A stretch of DNA of 64,000 nucleotides. It comes from Paragordius varius. Its lineage: Eukaryota; Animalia; Nematomorpha. The DNA lies in NCBI GenBank assembly GCA_964247055.1, contig OZ176051.1:4402001-4466000 (forward strand). The letters run 5' to 3'. The notes beneath the pieces were generated by a model, which saw nothing but the letters and a program-made list of their open reading frames with translations, had not been told where the DNA came from and searched no databases. Below, piece after piece: positions 24,762 to 37,232 of the stretch. A program made the position numbers and the translations under genes. Within the stretch, counting starts at the first letter, position 1. Each line of letters opens with the position of its first letter.

Positions 24762-25939
24762 CTTATCAAGTAATATTTATCATAAATACACAAATTTAAT
24801 AAAGTTTCTCTATTTTTAATATGTCAAATTTTATTTATCATAAATTGTATCCACAAAAATATCCTGATATATACAGTATGCATTTTAATGGTTGCCTATT
24901 TCACACGATAGTAGGGTTTGTAACACAGGAGTTTATGGAAAAAATAAAGGAAATAATTGTTTGTTCAACATTTTGTTGTTTTTTTCCATACACTAATGAA
25001 TTGAAAATTGCCCTACGATAGTGTGCAATAAAAACCATTAAAATGCTAAATGTATATTCTGATAGAGAAATATATCAGTTTCATGATGCTTTTGGTGTGA
25101 TTTAGGGAAGTTATTTATACGTTTGTGGTAAGTGCTCCATATCAGTAAATGGCGAAATTTGCGACATTTTTTTAAAACAATTTTTTTTGGTGAAAGCTAA
25201 ATGTTTTTTTACAAAAAATATCACTAAGATATACAGAGCAAAAAAACCTGTTAACGTATATATTTTATAACAGGAAGATGTATTTGGATTATCATGGTGC
25301 TTTTGTGGCCCTTACTAGTTATATAAAAAAGTTATTTACACTTTTGTGATGCTCATCAGAAAATGGCAAATGCAGATTTTCTTAATATTTTTTTAGTAAA
25401 AATTTCCAAAAAATACTATATAACATAAGTAAAAAAATTTTCAAAAAATTTAATTTTTAAATGGGTGCTTAGAAAGTCCCAGATTTTGCTCTTGTAAAAT
25501 GGGCTAGTTCTCTATAAACACAAAAATGCCGGGTATTAGCGATATAAATTCTAAATATATGGTAAAAACTAAAAATTTAGAAAATGATTACTTTTTTCAA
25601 ATATTTAATTTTTAGCAAAATTTCATTCAAGCCTACTTGCTAGTTTGAGGCATGCTGGAAACAAAACGGTTTAAGATATTATAAAATACTTTTTCTATAT
25701 AATTAAATGATGCTGAAAATTTCTAAATTCGTTCGTCTTTAAATTTATGTAAAATATAAACTGTGTTTTCTACTCAACAAAAATGAATAAAATGCATTGT
25801 CAAAGCTAAAACCATCCCATGAATGTAATAGGCTCCGATCACTATTTTGTGACAATTAAAATTAAGTTTAGGTTGAAAGCTAAATTACACCAAAAATGTA
25901 ATAAGCATTTTGACTTTTCCAAGTGAATAATGAATTTAA

Positions 25940-27510
25940 ATACTATTCTTCCAGATAATATAGATTATCTGGACGCCAACGACCACTGGCTTAGGACCAT
26001 AACAGCAATCAATGAACTGATTCTCATTTCCCACTTTATAGAAAACATCCCAACATTTTGAATTGTATGATTCTCTTGTTTTAGCTACCAAAAGCAGATT
26101 AGTCAAAATAAATAACAATATTACTGAATACCGGTATATACTCGCAATTCAAAAGATAATCCAGAAATGACATCAATGTTGACTATCTTGCGATTTGTAA
26201 GACTTAAAACTTGCTAATTCTAAAGGCGAGAATATATAGGAAAAAGTACATTTGTTAGTCCTTTTCAACTCCCTCAATCTGCAGGGCATCAGCGATTCCG
26301 ACAACGTAATATTAACAAAAAAACATGATGTAATTAAACTTTGGGATAAATTTGGAGCTTTTCTTTATTGTGATGACCAAACTAACCAAATTCATCCTCA
26401 AGATAATACATAAACGAATTTCAACCATGCTTGATTGTGAAATTTCTGTTGTACAAGCTAGCCTAGCGAAACACTACAAATCACATAGATAATAGTTATA
26501 TTATAATTCAGAGATATAAATTCGGAAGTTAATACTGCTGTTTTTTGGGCTCCAGTATGGCATTAGACACAGTTAACGAGAATAGAAGATTTTATAATCT
26601 TCCGGAGTTTTCTCTCATATAATTCTTTGGTTGCAATCGTGTTATTCCCAAACAGCTGCTATCAAAACACAATACGGTCCCACCGACTGGCTCCCTATAA
26701 TATTGTTAGAGAGATATGCGCCTTACTCACCTGTTCAACTTATACACTAAATCTTTAATGTGCAATTGTAAACTTTCCAAACATAATGCAGGGCGCATCT
26801 GATGTTTTACTCTTCGCAATCTCCGGTACGCCGACGATACGGTTTTTTTGATAGAATCACACCCGGAAATGATTTATTACTACCGTCGAAGCAATTTTGA
26901 TGGGTCAGAAGCTAGCTATAAATATATTATCCTCAACGTCCCCAGTTACCATTATCGCTCAATTCCTCCTCTATCGAAACCGATACTACAAGTATTTAGG
27001 TATAATTGAATCGACGGCAGTTTAGATCCCAACACAGGCTGTTTATAATTGGAACTCCTCTGTCACAAGAGTTTCAACCAAAGTAGCCATTCTAATGGTG
27101 ATAGTTTACCCAGTCGCTATTTACGGGTCTGAATCATGGGGATGTAAATCTACCGACGAAGCCCGCATTAACTCATTTCAACTGTGGTGCTTCCGGAAAG
27201 TTTTGGTATCTCCTGGACTATGATTAATATATACTTCCTCGAACCAGAATTTTGGCTTTATGATCTGGTAATCTACAGACATATAAATCTCGGCCATTTT
27301 CTAAGATCCGATTCTCTTTAAAAAACATTCTCCTTGGGTCGATTGTACTCGCAAAAAAGGCGGCCCTAAAAAGAGCTGGCTCGATATCCTAAAATCAGTT
27401 ACAAACCTTACCTTTTTCCAAACAATTCGAAAATCTCAAGATCGTATGGAATGGAAAACGCTTATTTGAGAGAAAGCTAAGAGTCGCTGCGCGACTAGAT
27501 TCTAGCATAC
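25940..27510 (+). mobile_element. Decayed, 5'-truncated RTE-clade (BovB-like) LINE (duplicate at about 43895-45465)
   Basis: Frameshifted RT motifs in the expected order: AAIKTQYGPTDW, LFNLYT, LRYADDT (YADD at 26827-26838), YKYLG, VYPVAIYGSESW, FQLWCFRKVL, QDRMEWK..KAKSR. The 5' boundary is approximate. Confidence 0.85.
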
Positions 27511-27780
27511 ACAGATAGCTAAAAGCTTAGAATAATAATTAATAATGTAATGAAAATTTCGTAAAACTTTATAGGCAAAATTATTTATTATAACTTGGAT
27601 TGCATTTTCTTGCACATTACATAAAATAATAATTTAGGTAAAGAAAAACGCTTCTATTTTGTTAAGAGCACAGATTATCTTGCATAGAATTTTTTAAAAT
27701 GATATATTGATATTCAAATTACCAAAATTTTTTATTTCTTACGCATAATGCATTTTGAGTCTATTATTATTGAACATGAC

Positions 27781-28073
27781 CAGGGGTGTCCAACACGCGG
27801 TCTGTAGGCCGCATACCGCCCTCCAATATGTGCGGCCCGCGAAAAATTTCTAAATTAAATAAATACAAAATTTTGCAAAAATATGCTGATAAATATCAGT
27901 AAAATTGATATTTTTTGAACGAATCGGAATAAGTCCTATCGATTGGCAAAGAACTAGAAAAAAATTGGAGTAAATAGTACTTATATTGTGTTTGCCTTTT
28001 CACAGTTTTATGTCAAAAAATTATTAATGACCATATATTTTTCTAAGCGGCCCCGATGAGTTGGACACCCCTG
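27781..28073. mobile_element. hAT-like MITE (duplicate at 45736-46028)
   Basis: Perfect 14-bp TIR CAGGGGTGTCCAAC...GTTGGACACCCCTG with internal GCGGCCC motifs; TSD not preserved. Confidence 0.75.
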
Positions 28074-30534
28074 ATGAAAACTATGATATTAGAGCGCAAA
28101 AATTAGTTTAGCATTTCGTGCGCAAAGTAAGTAAAATAGCAAAAGACCCCTTATACAAAAAGTAAACATAAAATGTTACACTCACATATAATTATTCAAG
28201 CCAATTAATAAAATTATATTATTAGCTATACTTAAACGAATTTGGGGGCTATATAAAAAAATTTTAGTACAAAATATAAAGAAGCCAGCCTTTTGTTTTA
28301 GTAGTTAATGACAAAGAAAAAAAATTAACCTATGATATTGTGCTTTTTGTTGGGATATAATTTACCCAAATGTTATCCGTTAAAAATTACATAGTTTATA
28401 AATATATAAGTTCTTTATTAATAATTATAAACTAATCATAATGACTTTTGCAATTAGAAAATATTAAAATGTTTAAGATTAAAAATTTATAATGATATAG
28501 GTATAAAAATAAATTACATTGCCGATATAAAATCAAAAAATTGGCAGATTTCAGAAGGTCTTCTTTCAAATGCATGGATAGGGGGGGCGTACCAATAACT
28601 ACTGTTACTTTTCAAGAACTTTGCGATGGAGATCCAATTTCTTTTACATGGTTTCTTAACCCTAATTTAAATTGATTATACCTTTTTGAAATGTTTTATA
28701 ACTTTTAAATAATTGGTGAAACAGGCACAGAGCACAATTTTCTTTAAAGCAGCTTTCCAATTTATGTCCATATATTTATGATAAATCGTTTCACTTACGT
28801 TTTAAAATACAAGAAATGAACTGTGTCAACTTGATGTTTGTTTTTTACAAATAATGTAATGCGTTATTAGGTGCATTAAATAAAATATTCAAAAATTTTA
28901 GCATAATATAAATGGAGATTATCTAATTAATGTGCTTCTCATCTTAAAATAATCGAAAAAAACCGCGATTTGGCATGAAAAATTTAAATATGTGAATTTT
29001 TCCCTATTAATTAAATAAGAATATGAATATGATTAAGTAAAAGGCGGGCGGAAAAAACTATAACCGGCGTAACCAATTATAATCATTAAAGTTAACACCA
29101 TAGACAGAATTTTTTACGCTTGCTCACCAAATCAGGCCTTCTTGCAAAAAAAGGCATTCAAAATGACGAACTGTGTCGAATATTCGGAAGTGGCCAATAT
29201 ACAGTGGTGGATCTACGGGGAGGATTATCTAAAAATACCAGTATATAAGCAAACAGAAAATTACAATAATTGCCATTCTGAACACAACTAACACAGTGTC
29301 TACAAATAAATAGGCTGATGAAATATATATATTCGGATAGGAAAATGTATCAGGACTATCATGGTCCGTTTAGTTTACCATTTTAAGAGTGATTTAAGAA
29401 AGTTTTTTACCCTTTTGTGGTAAATGCGCCATATCAAAAATTAGCAAAATCTGCGCACATTGTTCAAAATAAAATATTTTCGGTAAAAGGTAGAGGCTTC
29501 ATTCCAAAAAATATCATTAAAATATATAATAAACTATATTTAAAAAGCAAAACAATATATTTTAGGTTTTAGTTTTTAGGGCTCCAAAAGTTTCACATTT
29601 TTTTGCTTTGTTATTTCTTATAAAATAAACGCATGAATTTAAATAATATGGTAAATTTTGATAGCATAGTTTTATTTATAACTTTTATTACTAGTAAAAT
29701 TTTGTTGTACATACTTCACACATTTTTAAGCCATACGCGTTAAGATATTATGAAAACAACTTGTCTATATAAATCGGTAATGCTGAACATTTATATCACC
29801 TGAGAATTTCGTCTTCAAATTTATGTCAAATACAAATTGTGTTTTTTTTTCAAAATAAAATTTTAAGACAAAACCTTTAATTTTGGAGTGATAGAAATGT
29901 TCAGTGTCATCAAAGTATATAGAAAAATTTAATATCTTAAGTGACGTAGGCTGTAACATTGTTGAAAATTAAATTTTCAAAAAATTAATTTTTGAAAAAT
30001 ATATTTTTGATATTTAGCATATATTTAAAATTTTAATCGGGCGATTTCGGTTTTTGGCTCATATTTAAAGAAAGTCAACTATCTGATGGAAAAATAAAAA
30101 AATTTTTATTATGTTTTTTATTTGTAATTTATGATATATTTTAGTGATATTCTTTGGAATGAGGCATTTAGTTTTCACCAAAAAATATACACTTCCTTAG
30201 CTTTTTACTATATTGTCCTAGTTTATATATTGGGGTAGTTTTGTATACCAGAGCTTAATTTTGAGATAAACTGCAGTTTTGAAAGCTATTATAGTTAATA
30301 TTTAATAAATCGTTCTCAAATATTAGATAAAAATGTTTTACTTTTTACAGCTTTGTGACTTCTAGATTATAAAACTGGAATAGCTAAACACGATTATAAC
30401 GAACAGTTGATATTTAACAAGCTATAAAAAAATTTATCGAAAAAAATTGCGGCAAATAGTTTGTATAATTTTTCATTTTTTTGAAATTTTTTTTTTGGAT
30501 AACGCGCCCAAAAGGCTAAAGAAAGTATATCAAA

Positions 30535-31105
30535 CACTTCGATACAAATTGAGGTATTTAAATATCCCAGACTAAATTTAAATTAATATTTTAAAAAAAC
30601 TACTGAAGGAAACGGTCCCAATTTAAATTTATGGTATGCTTCTATCCTAATAAAAATTATATAAATATGCCAAAATATCCAAACAAAATTTTGTTTTGAA
30701 AAAAATTCTATGTCAAACAACTTCGACGCCATTTTTATTTTACAAAATTTTTGGCAAAATATCGTCCTCATTTTAGGGTTATAATAAAGGATAATTTTTT
30801 ATTTAAATTAAATCTAACATATATAGAAAAAGAAAAAGCGGTTTTATTTAAATTATTTATGTTTACGATTTCACACATGTCACGTAGACAAATTTTTTAC
30901 CTTTCGGGTTTATAAAATAAGTAATATTAAATATTTTTGAATAAAATTTTTTATAATTCGGTTATTAATGCTATATAAGTGCAAAATTTTGCCATGGTTT
31001 CGATTCCTCCCATATTTTTAAAATATTTGATTTTGAACTGGCCTGGGTTATCCAACTACCCCAATTAAAATCGGAAGACTAAAATGAGTGTGTTGTATCC
31101 AAGTG
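30535..31105 (-). mobile_element. piggyBac-like MITE copy (duplicate at 48490-49060)
   Basis: CACTTCGATACAAATTGAGG...CCAAGTG|TTAA. Confidence 0.7.
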
Positions 31106-31543
31106 TTAATTCGGCTTTATACCTTAAATACTATTTAAAATATTTAAATTTCGAAGCTCCACGATATAATAAAAGAAAATAGAGTGTTAAATAAATGTCA
31201 AATGCCAGTATCTAAGATAGAGCAGCTACCACTAAAGTGTAAATAACTTTCTTGAATCACTAGTAGGGGCCAAAATAAAAAGCACTATAATCCAATATAT
31301 TTTTCTTCAGAATATATATTACCGGAGTATTTTTTGTGGAGTACCATTATCTCTTCATTCTTTTTAAAGATCCAAAGCCTTCAAATATAATTAAATCTTT
31401 TGTAATAGTCGTAACACTTAATGACCTTTTGGAGTAGTTTTATATCCCAGAGCGATTCGAAATCTTCTCAATATCTAAAAAAGTATTTGTATTATGCCGA
31501 ATCCAAAAATATGCTTTCTTCAGCTTTTAAGACACATGCTTAA

Positions 31544-32105
31544 CACTTTGATTCAAATTGGGGGATCTAAATACCCCGACAATTTAAATTGATATTTTTA
31601 TAAAACTACTGAAAGAAACGGTTCCATATAGATTTATGCTTCGATCCTAATAAAAATTATATAAATAAGCCAAAATATTTAAAAAAATTTAGTTAGGAAA
31701 AAAAGTTCCCTATCAACTTGGAACTCATATTTATTTTACAATATTTTTGCAAAATATTGTGTTTATTTGATTCTTAGCCTAAAATTAAGTTTACATTTTT
31801 ATTAAAATCACATTTAACGTTGATATAAACAGAAAAAGTGGCATACTTGGCATTATTTTTGTATTTGCTTATGCACACATGTCATCTTGACTAAATTATT
31901 ATTCGGTTTTACTCCTGGATAAGTACTATCAAGTATATTTGAATAAATTTTTTATTATATTTCGGTTCATTAAATATGAGTACCAACCTTTGCCAGGTTT
32001 AATTTATTTCTTATTTTTTAAGCTATTTATTTTTAAACAAGTCTGGGGTATCTAACTACCCCAATTTGAATCAAAGTACTGAAATGAATGCCTTGGATAC
32101 AAGTG
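31544..32105 (-). mobile_element. piggyBac-like MITE copy (duplicate at 49499-50060)
   Basis: TTAA|CACTTTGATTCAAATTGGGG...GGATACAAGTG|TTAA. Confidence 0.75.
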
Positions 32106-32919
32106 TTAAAAATATTTTAAGAAATATGTACAAGTGTAAGGGAATCCTCATTCAAACTTTTTCGCTGAATTTATTTTCTTTATATTGTTTTAAATCGCTA
32201 ATGCAAAAGCGAACAAATATATAGGGTTAGAAAATGTAATAATTAACTTTTGCAAGCTTTAAGGTTACATCAGCAATATTTATTTCGAAATGAGCTGTTT
32301 ATTTCAATGTTTTGGAGTTGTTCCAATTTAGACACCAGAAGCCACAAAACTGGAAAAAAATTAAGCTTTTTTATCTAATACACAACAACAATGTTTAATA
32401 ATGAATATTTAACCAAAATAACTTTCAAAACAGTAGTATATTTACAAGATGAGTTTTGGAATCTCGGAATTTTCTAATAGATTGCGGACAAAAAGGTTAA
32501 ACGGTCAGGAAGAGTTAATTTAGAGTTAAGCAACGAATAATTTAATCAAAAATAATTGATAATAGTGTTTAGCATTATTAAATTCTGCAGAAAAAAATGA
32601 ATATCGTTTCCATAGCCTTAAAATAGCGAAGTAGCGCCACATTCCGATATATAAATTTCAAAATACCTTCAATTATTTTTTATCGTTATTCAATAGCGGT
32701 TTTTGTGCTTATTTTTATAGTTTTGGCGGACATATGGGATGTACAAAAATTATAGTATATATTAATATTGTTTCATTTCAAATATAGTAATGATATAATA
32801 TATTCTCCATTTGTAAAAAGGCTCTTAACTACAAGAATAACATAAACTCTATTTTTCAAATCATACGTAGCGAAATAAAAATATAAAACAGCTTACCACT
32901 TTTGAGTTTGCTTTTTGAG

Positions 32920-33791
32920 ATGTCTCCTTTGTTTATATTTTTACTAGCACTTATTATCCCTGTTAAATCAGATAATAATTTTGACGCTCATGCGCTTTCA
33001 ATTTACATAAATAATCTTGAAACTACATGGAAGGTTTATTTTTTATAAGTAAAGGCTTATCCCTTTTTTCACAATACCAGTTATGCTGACATTGAAGGTT
33101 TAATGGGCGTTATAGATACTGGTCATAAATTAACTCTGGGAAAACCTTTACATGACTTGTCATATATCTTCAATGATTTGCCAAAAAATTTTGACAGTCG
33201 CCAACAATGGCCAAATTGCCCAACAATTAAAGAAGTTAGAGATCAAGGATCTTGTGGGTCATGTTGGGTAAGTATAATTAATATATAATTTTGAATATTT
33301 ATTTATATTATTCCATTTTTTTAATTGTGTATCTTTTAGGCGTTTGGAGCTGTAGAGGCTATGTCGGATCGCATCTGTATAAATAGTAATGGAACTGTAA
33401 ATGCACACATTTCAGCCGAGGATTTATTGTCGTGTTGTAAGAACTGTGGTTATGGGTAAATATCTCTATTTTTACAACTTTAGAGTCGTTAAAAAGTATA
33501 ATTAATTTTTGGAAAATGTTTGGTATTTGACACATTTTACATGAGATTTACTTAAATTAATATGCCTTAATAATCTCGATTCGCTATTATTAATGGTTTT
33601 AAATGATTTGTCTCAATGTATACTTTTAAACATATAACATAAATTATATATAAAACTTAGTTGTAATGGTGGTGTACCCGGTTTAGCCTGGGAATATTAT
33701 AAGAAATTTGGACTTGTAACCGGAGGTCAATACGGTTCTCATACTGGCTGTCTCCCCTATGAAATACCTAAATGTGAACATCACACTACTG
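32920..33791 (+). CDS. CTSB: Truncated duplicate of cathepsin B exons 1-4, ending at the contig end (33800)
   Basis: Matches 50875-51746 at offset 17955; exons 32920-33033, 33055-33267, 33340-33455, 33661-33791. Confidence 0.85.
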
Positions 33792-33800
33792 GTCAATATT

Positions 33801-34000
33801 NNNNNNNNNNNNNNNNNNNNNNNNNNNNNNNNNNNNNNNNNNNNNNNNNNNNNNNNNNNNNNNNNNNNNNNNNNNNNNNNNNNNNNNNNNNNNNNNNNNN
33901 NNNNNNNNNNNNNNNNNNNNNNNNNNNNNNNNNNNNNNNNNNNNNNNNNNNNNNNNNNNNNNNNNNNNNNNNNNNNNNNNNNNNNNNNNNNNNNNNNNNN
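33801..34000. other. Scaffold gap (200 N)
   Basis: Run of exactly 200 N. Confidence 0.99.
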
Positions 34001-34069
34001 TATTTTAGCCATAAAAATATATGATACATAATCATTGGGGTAAATTGCGTAAAGTGTAAGTTTTATTAC

Positions 34070-37000
34070 CGTTGTTTATAGATTCCGAATTAGCTTGCAG
34101 ATTATCCTCTTTAAAATCTGTCCCAAATATTTTTCCCAATGAAATAGGTATTCTATATTGATTATAATTAATAAATATTAAAATATAATAACTCTTTCTA
34201 CACGCAAATAAAAAAATATATTACGTTGCATTTATAGGCGCTAGTACATTAGTTGTTGATATAGAAATTTTAGATTGTGAGATAGGGCGGTTGGAATTCG
34301 TCTCAGGCAAACAATCTTTTCCCGTATTACAAGCGGGTTGTCCAATATTTTTGCCATTAGTATATTCATTTTGGTCAAATCCAAATTCATTGTTTGTTGA
34401 AATTTTTGTTGCAATTTTGCCCATTTTATTCGTTGGTGATAAAGCGTTTTTGCTTGTACTTTTTTCAACATTAATCTCATTTTCATCGTCTTCCTCATCC
34501 AAGAAAAATGAAATTCCGCTAAAATCTGAAGCAGGTACCCCAAATTCAAAATTTATGGGTAGGGTAGGGATATGCCTGTTATTTGGCATAACCACAGGTA
34601 TAGTAGGTATCTTGGAGAGGGGCGGTAACTTTGGTAGGGTATATGATGCATTTTGTTCCTCATTATTAACATTTACTACTTGTGTTGCTATAGAGTGTGT
34701 AATAGTGTTAGAACCTACTACTATATTAGGATTAGTATTATTGTTAAGGAGACCAATTCCTAGGGCATTTTTAATGGTTTCAGTTGCCTTACATGATTTA
34801 AGGTATGTTGGGACACTTCCTACTACTAGAGTATTTTCAACAAATGACGAGGCTGGTTTGACGCTATTGTCATTATATTCTTTAGAATGATGATTCTTTG
34901 TACGTAATGAGTGTGTGGTATCATCCGAACTGTGAATAAAAAACAATTTTTTTTAAATACATAAAAAACCGAAATTTGTGGTTGAAAATCAATTTTTGGT
35001 GTCTAGCTCCGGTTAATTTGTGTTTAAATAGCTAAAATTCAGTTGAATTTTTTTTACATCATACCGTGAGTATATATAGCCTAAAAATATGTATGGTGTG
35101 GTATTTTTTACCAATAAGTGTAAAAAATCTTTTAATATCAAATAAAAAGTCTATTTAAAATAGGGTCAACAGTATATTAAATATTAAAAAAAATCAAAAA
35201 TTTGTACTTTTTTGGCATCGTTTTAAACCGACAATCTCTGATACCAGTTTTTATAAATTCAAAAATATTTTTTATAAAGAAAAAAAAAACATAAATAAAT
35301 CTTACCTTAAAACTACACTAGATGATTGGGTCGAACTGAAGGAATCACTTTTAAAACGCCGAAAATTTGCCGATTTATCTTGTGGTATTTGGGCCTTCCA
35401 TTCTCCAATCTCATTCCAGTTGTTTTGCGTTAAATCTACATACACAAAAAAATATATAGGTTATCTTTACCCCCTTATCAATTTATATTTTGATTTCTTA
35501 AAAGTATCAAGAAATATTATTTAGAATGTCATCCCAATTTTGAGTTAAATTTAGTTATACACATAAAAATAGATGGTTTAAAATATATTAACTTTGGGAT
35601 CATTTTGTTTATTACTTCCTAATAATTTTAAATTAGTTTCTAATTAAAAATATGGATGATAATGGAAAGACTTAAACATCTGTAATCTTAAAGTTAAGGC
35701 GTATTTAATTTGGGGAAATGCTTAGGCCTATAATCTTTTAACATTTACAACGATTGAAAGAAAATACCCTAAAATGTATTCCAACATAAAAAATTGATAT
35801 AAATATACTACCATTTTTGCTGATTGGTTCATCTGTGCCATTTTCGGGTGACTTTGATTTATAATGAAAATTATTATTTGTATTTGGATGCTGTTTGCGA
35901 AACATTGGCCGATTTCCATGGTTTGAAAAATATGCCCCACGTCCTCTGTTAACATATCTAACATGTGAATATTAGACGTTAAAAAGAGGAATTTATGATT
36001 AAATTATATATGAATTACGATAAATACGCATATTATATAAAAAATTACCTTTTGTTTTGATGTGTGGGATGATATGGTGGCCGTTTTTCGTCCTTTTCGT
36101 TCGACATTTTTGATTCTGTCTCGCAAAGATCTATAAAAACAATGTTTGGTTTGATTAATTGAAATATAAATAAAGTTTTTCATAATGAAGTGCGTTCTCT
36201 ATAAGGAGCTCTTATAACTAGTTTATAAAAACTTTTTTTGTTTTTAATAAAATTCTAAGTTTAAAGTTGTGGAAGTTTCTAAGTTGAATATTGTACTCAT
36301 AATAATAAGAAAAAAATATTATATTAAAACTTTATTTTTATATTTTTCAAAAGAATCATAATGTGGCCATATAAAATTAGGTTTATTTTTTTAAATAATT
36401 TTTATACTGTTGGTTTCTTGCGGAGCATTCATCCTTGAAAGTTCTGTTTTGCTCCTAAATCCATTTTGATTTCTTCTTACGGATGTTGAAAATTCCCTTG
36501 TACCTTTTGTGAATTTATGCTTTACTCTAGGAGCAAAAAATTATAAAGGTTAAATTAAACAATAAAAATAAAGTGTAAATTTTGAAAAACTACCTAGGCT
36601 CGATTTGATCCTTTTTATCGAGTATCTGAGGGTTTTCTTTGCCATCACTTATTTCCTTTTCCGCCACATTTTTTATTACCTCCGTATTTTGGTTTTGGTT
36701 ATTTTTTATATCGTCTTTTTTAAGTTTGTCGTTGGTATCTTTTTTAAAAGTGGATTTGTCGGCTTTTTTGCTAGAATCAGAATCTCTGTCACCCTTTGTA
36801 TCCCCATGAGATTTTTTCTTTTTGGTCAAGGTTTTCCATTCACTTTTCTAAAAAATTATAATTGATAATTTACCAAGGAAGTATAACTGGTAAATGATTC
36901 AAGCAACATGTTAACTGCTCTATTTACATCATTATCGGCATCGTGTAAGGCAAAAACAGCTTCATCGCTTGTTTTATTGGTCAACTCCATAACTTGTTTA

Positions 37001-37232
37001 ATTTTGTTTTTAAGATTATTATCTTCATCCTTTGTTTTCCGTTCCAAATCCGTATAAAATGCATTTTCGGTCGACTAAATTATAAATATTAATATTAAAA
37101 AATATTTTTAAATTAAATTATTTAACATTAAAGAGATATTATTCACACCTTTTTAGAAGGATAAGTATTCACCGACTTGTATGTTGACATTATTTCATGA
37201 AATTTATTAGGAACAGCGAGCAATAGGCTCAT
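34070..37232 (-). CDS. UBAP2L: Second copy of exons 1-9 of the UBAP2L-like gene, interrupted in intron 9 by the gap
   Basis: Matches 16115-19277 at a constant offset of 17955. It would continue directly into exon 10 at 21-340 if 679-34000 were removed. Confidence 0.8.

Noticed and set aside
28950-29250. GC-richer patch as a possible ncRNA gene
   Set aside because: No recognisable tRNA, snRNA or snoRNA structure or boxes; more likely a transposon fragment.
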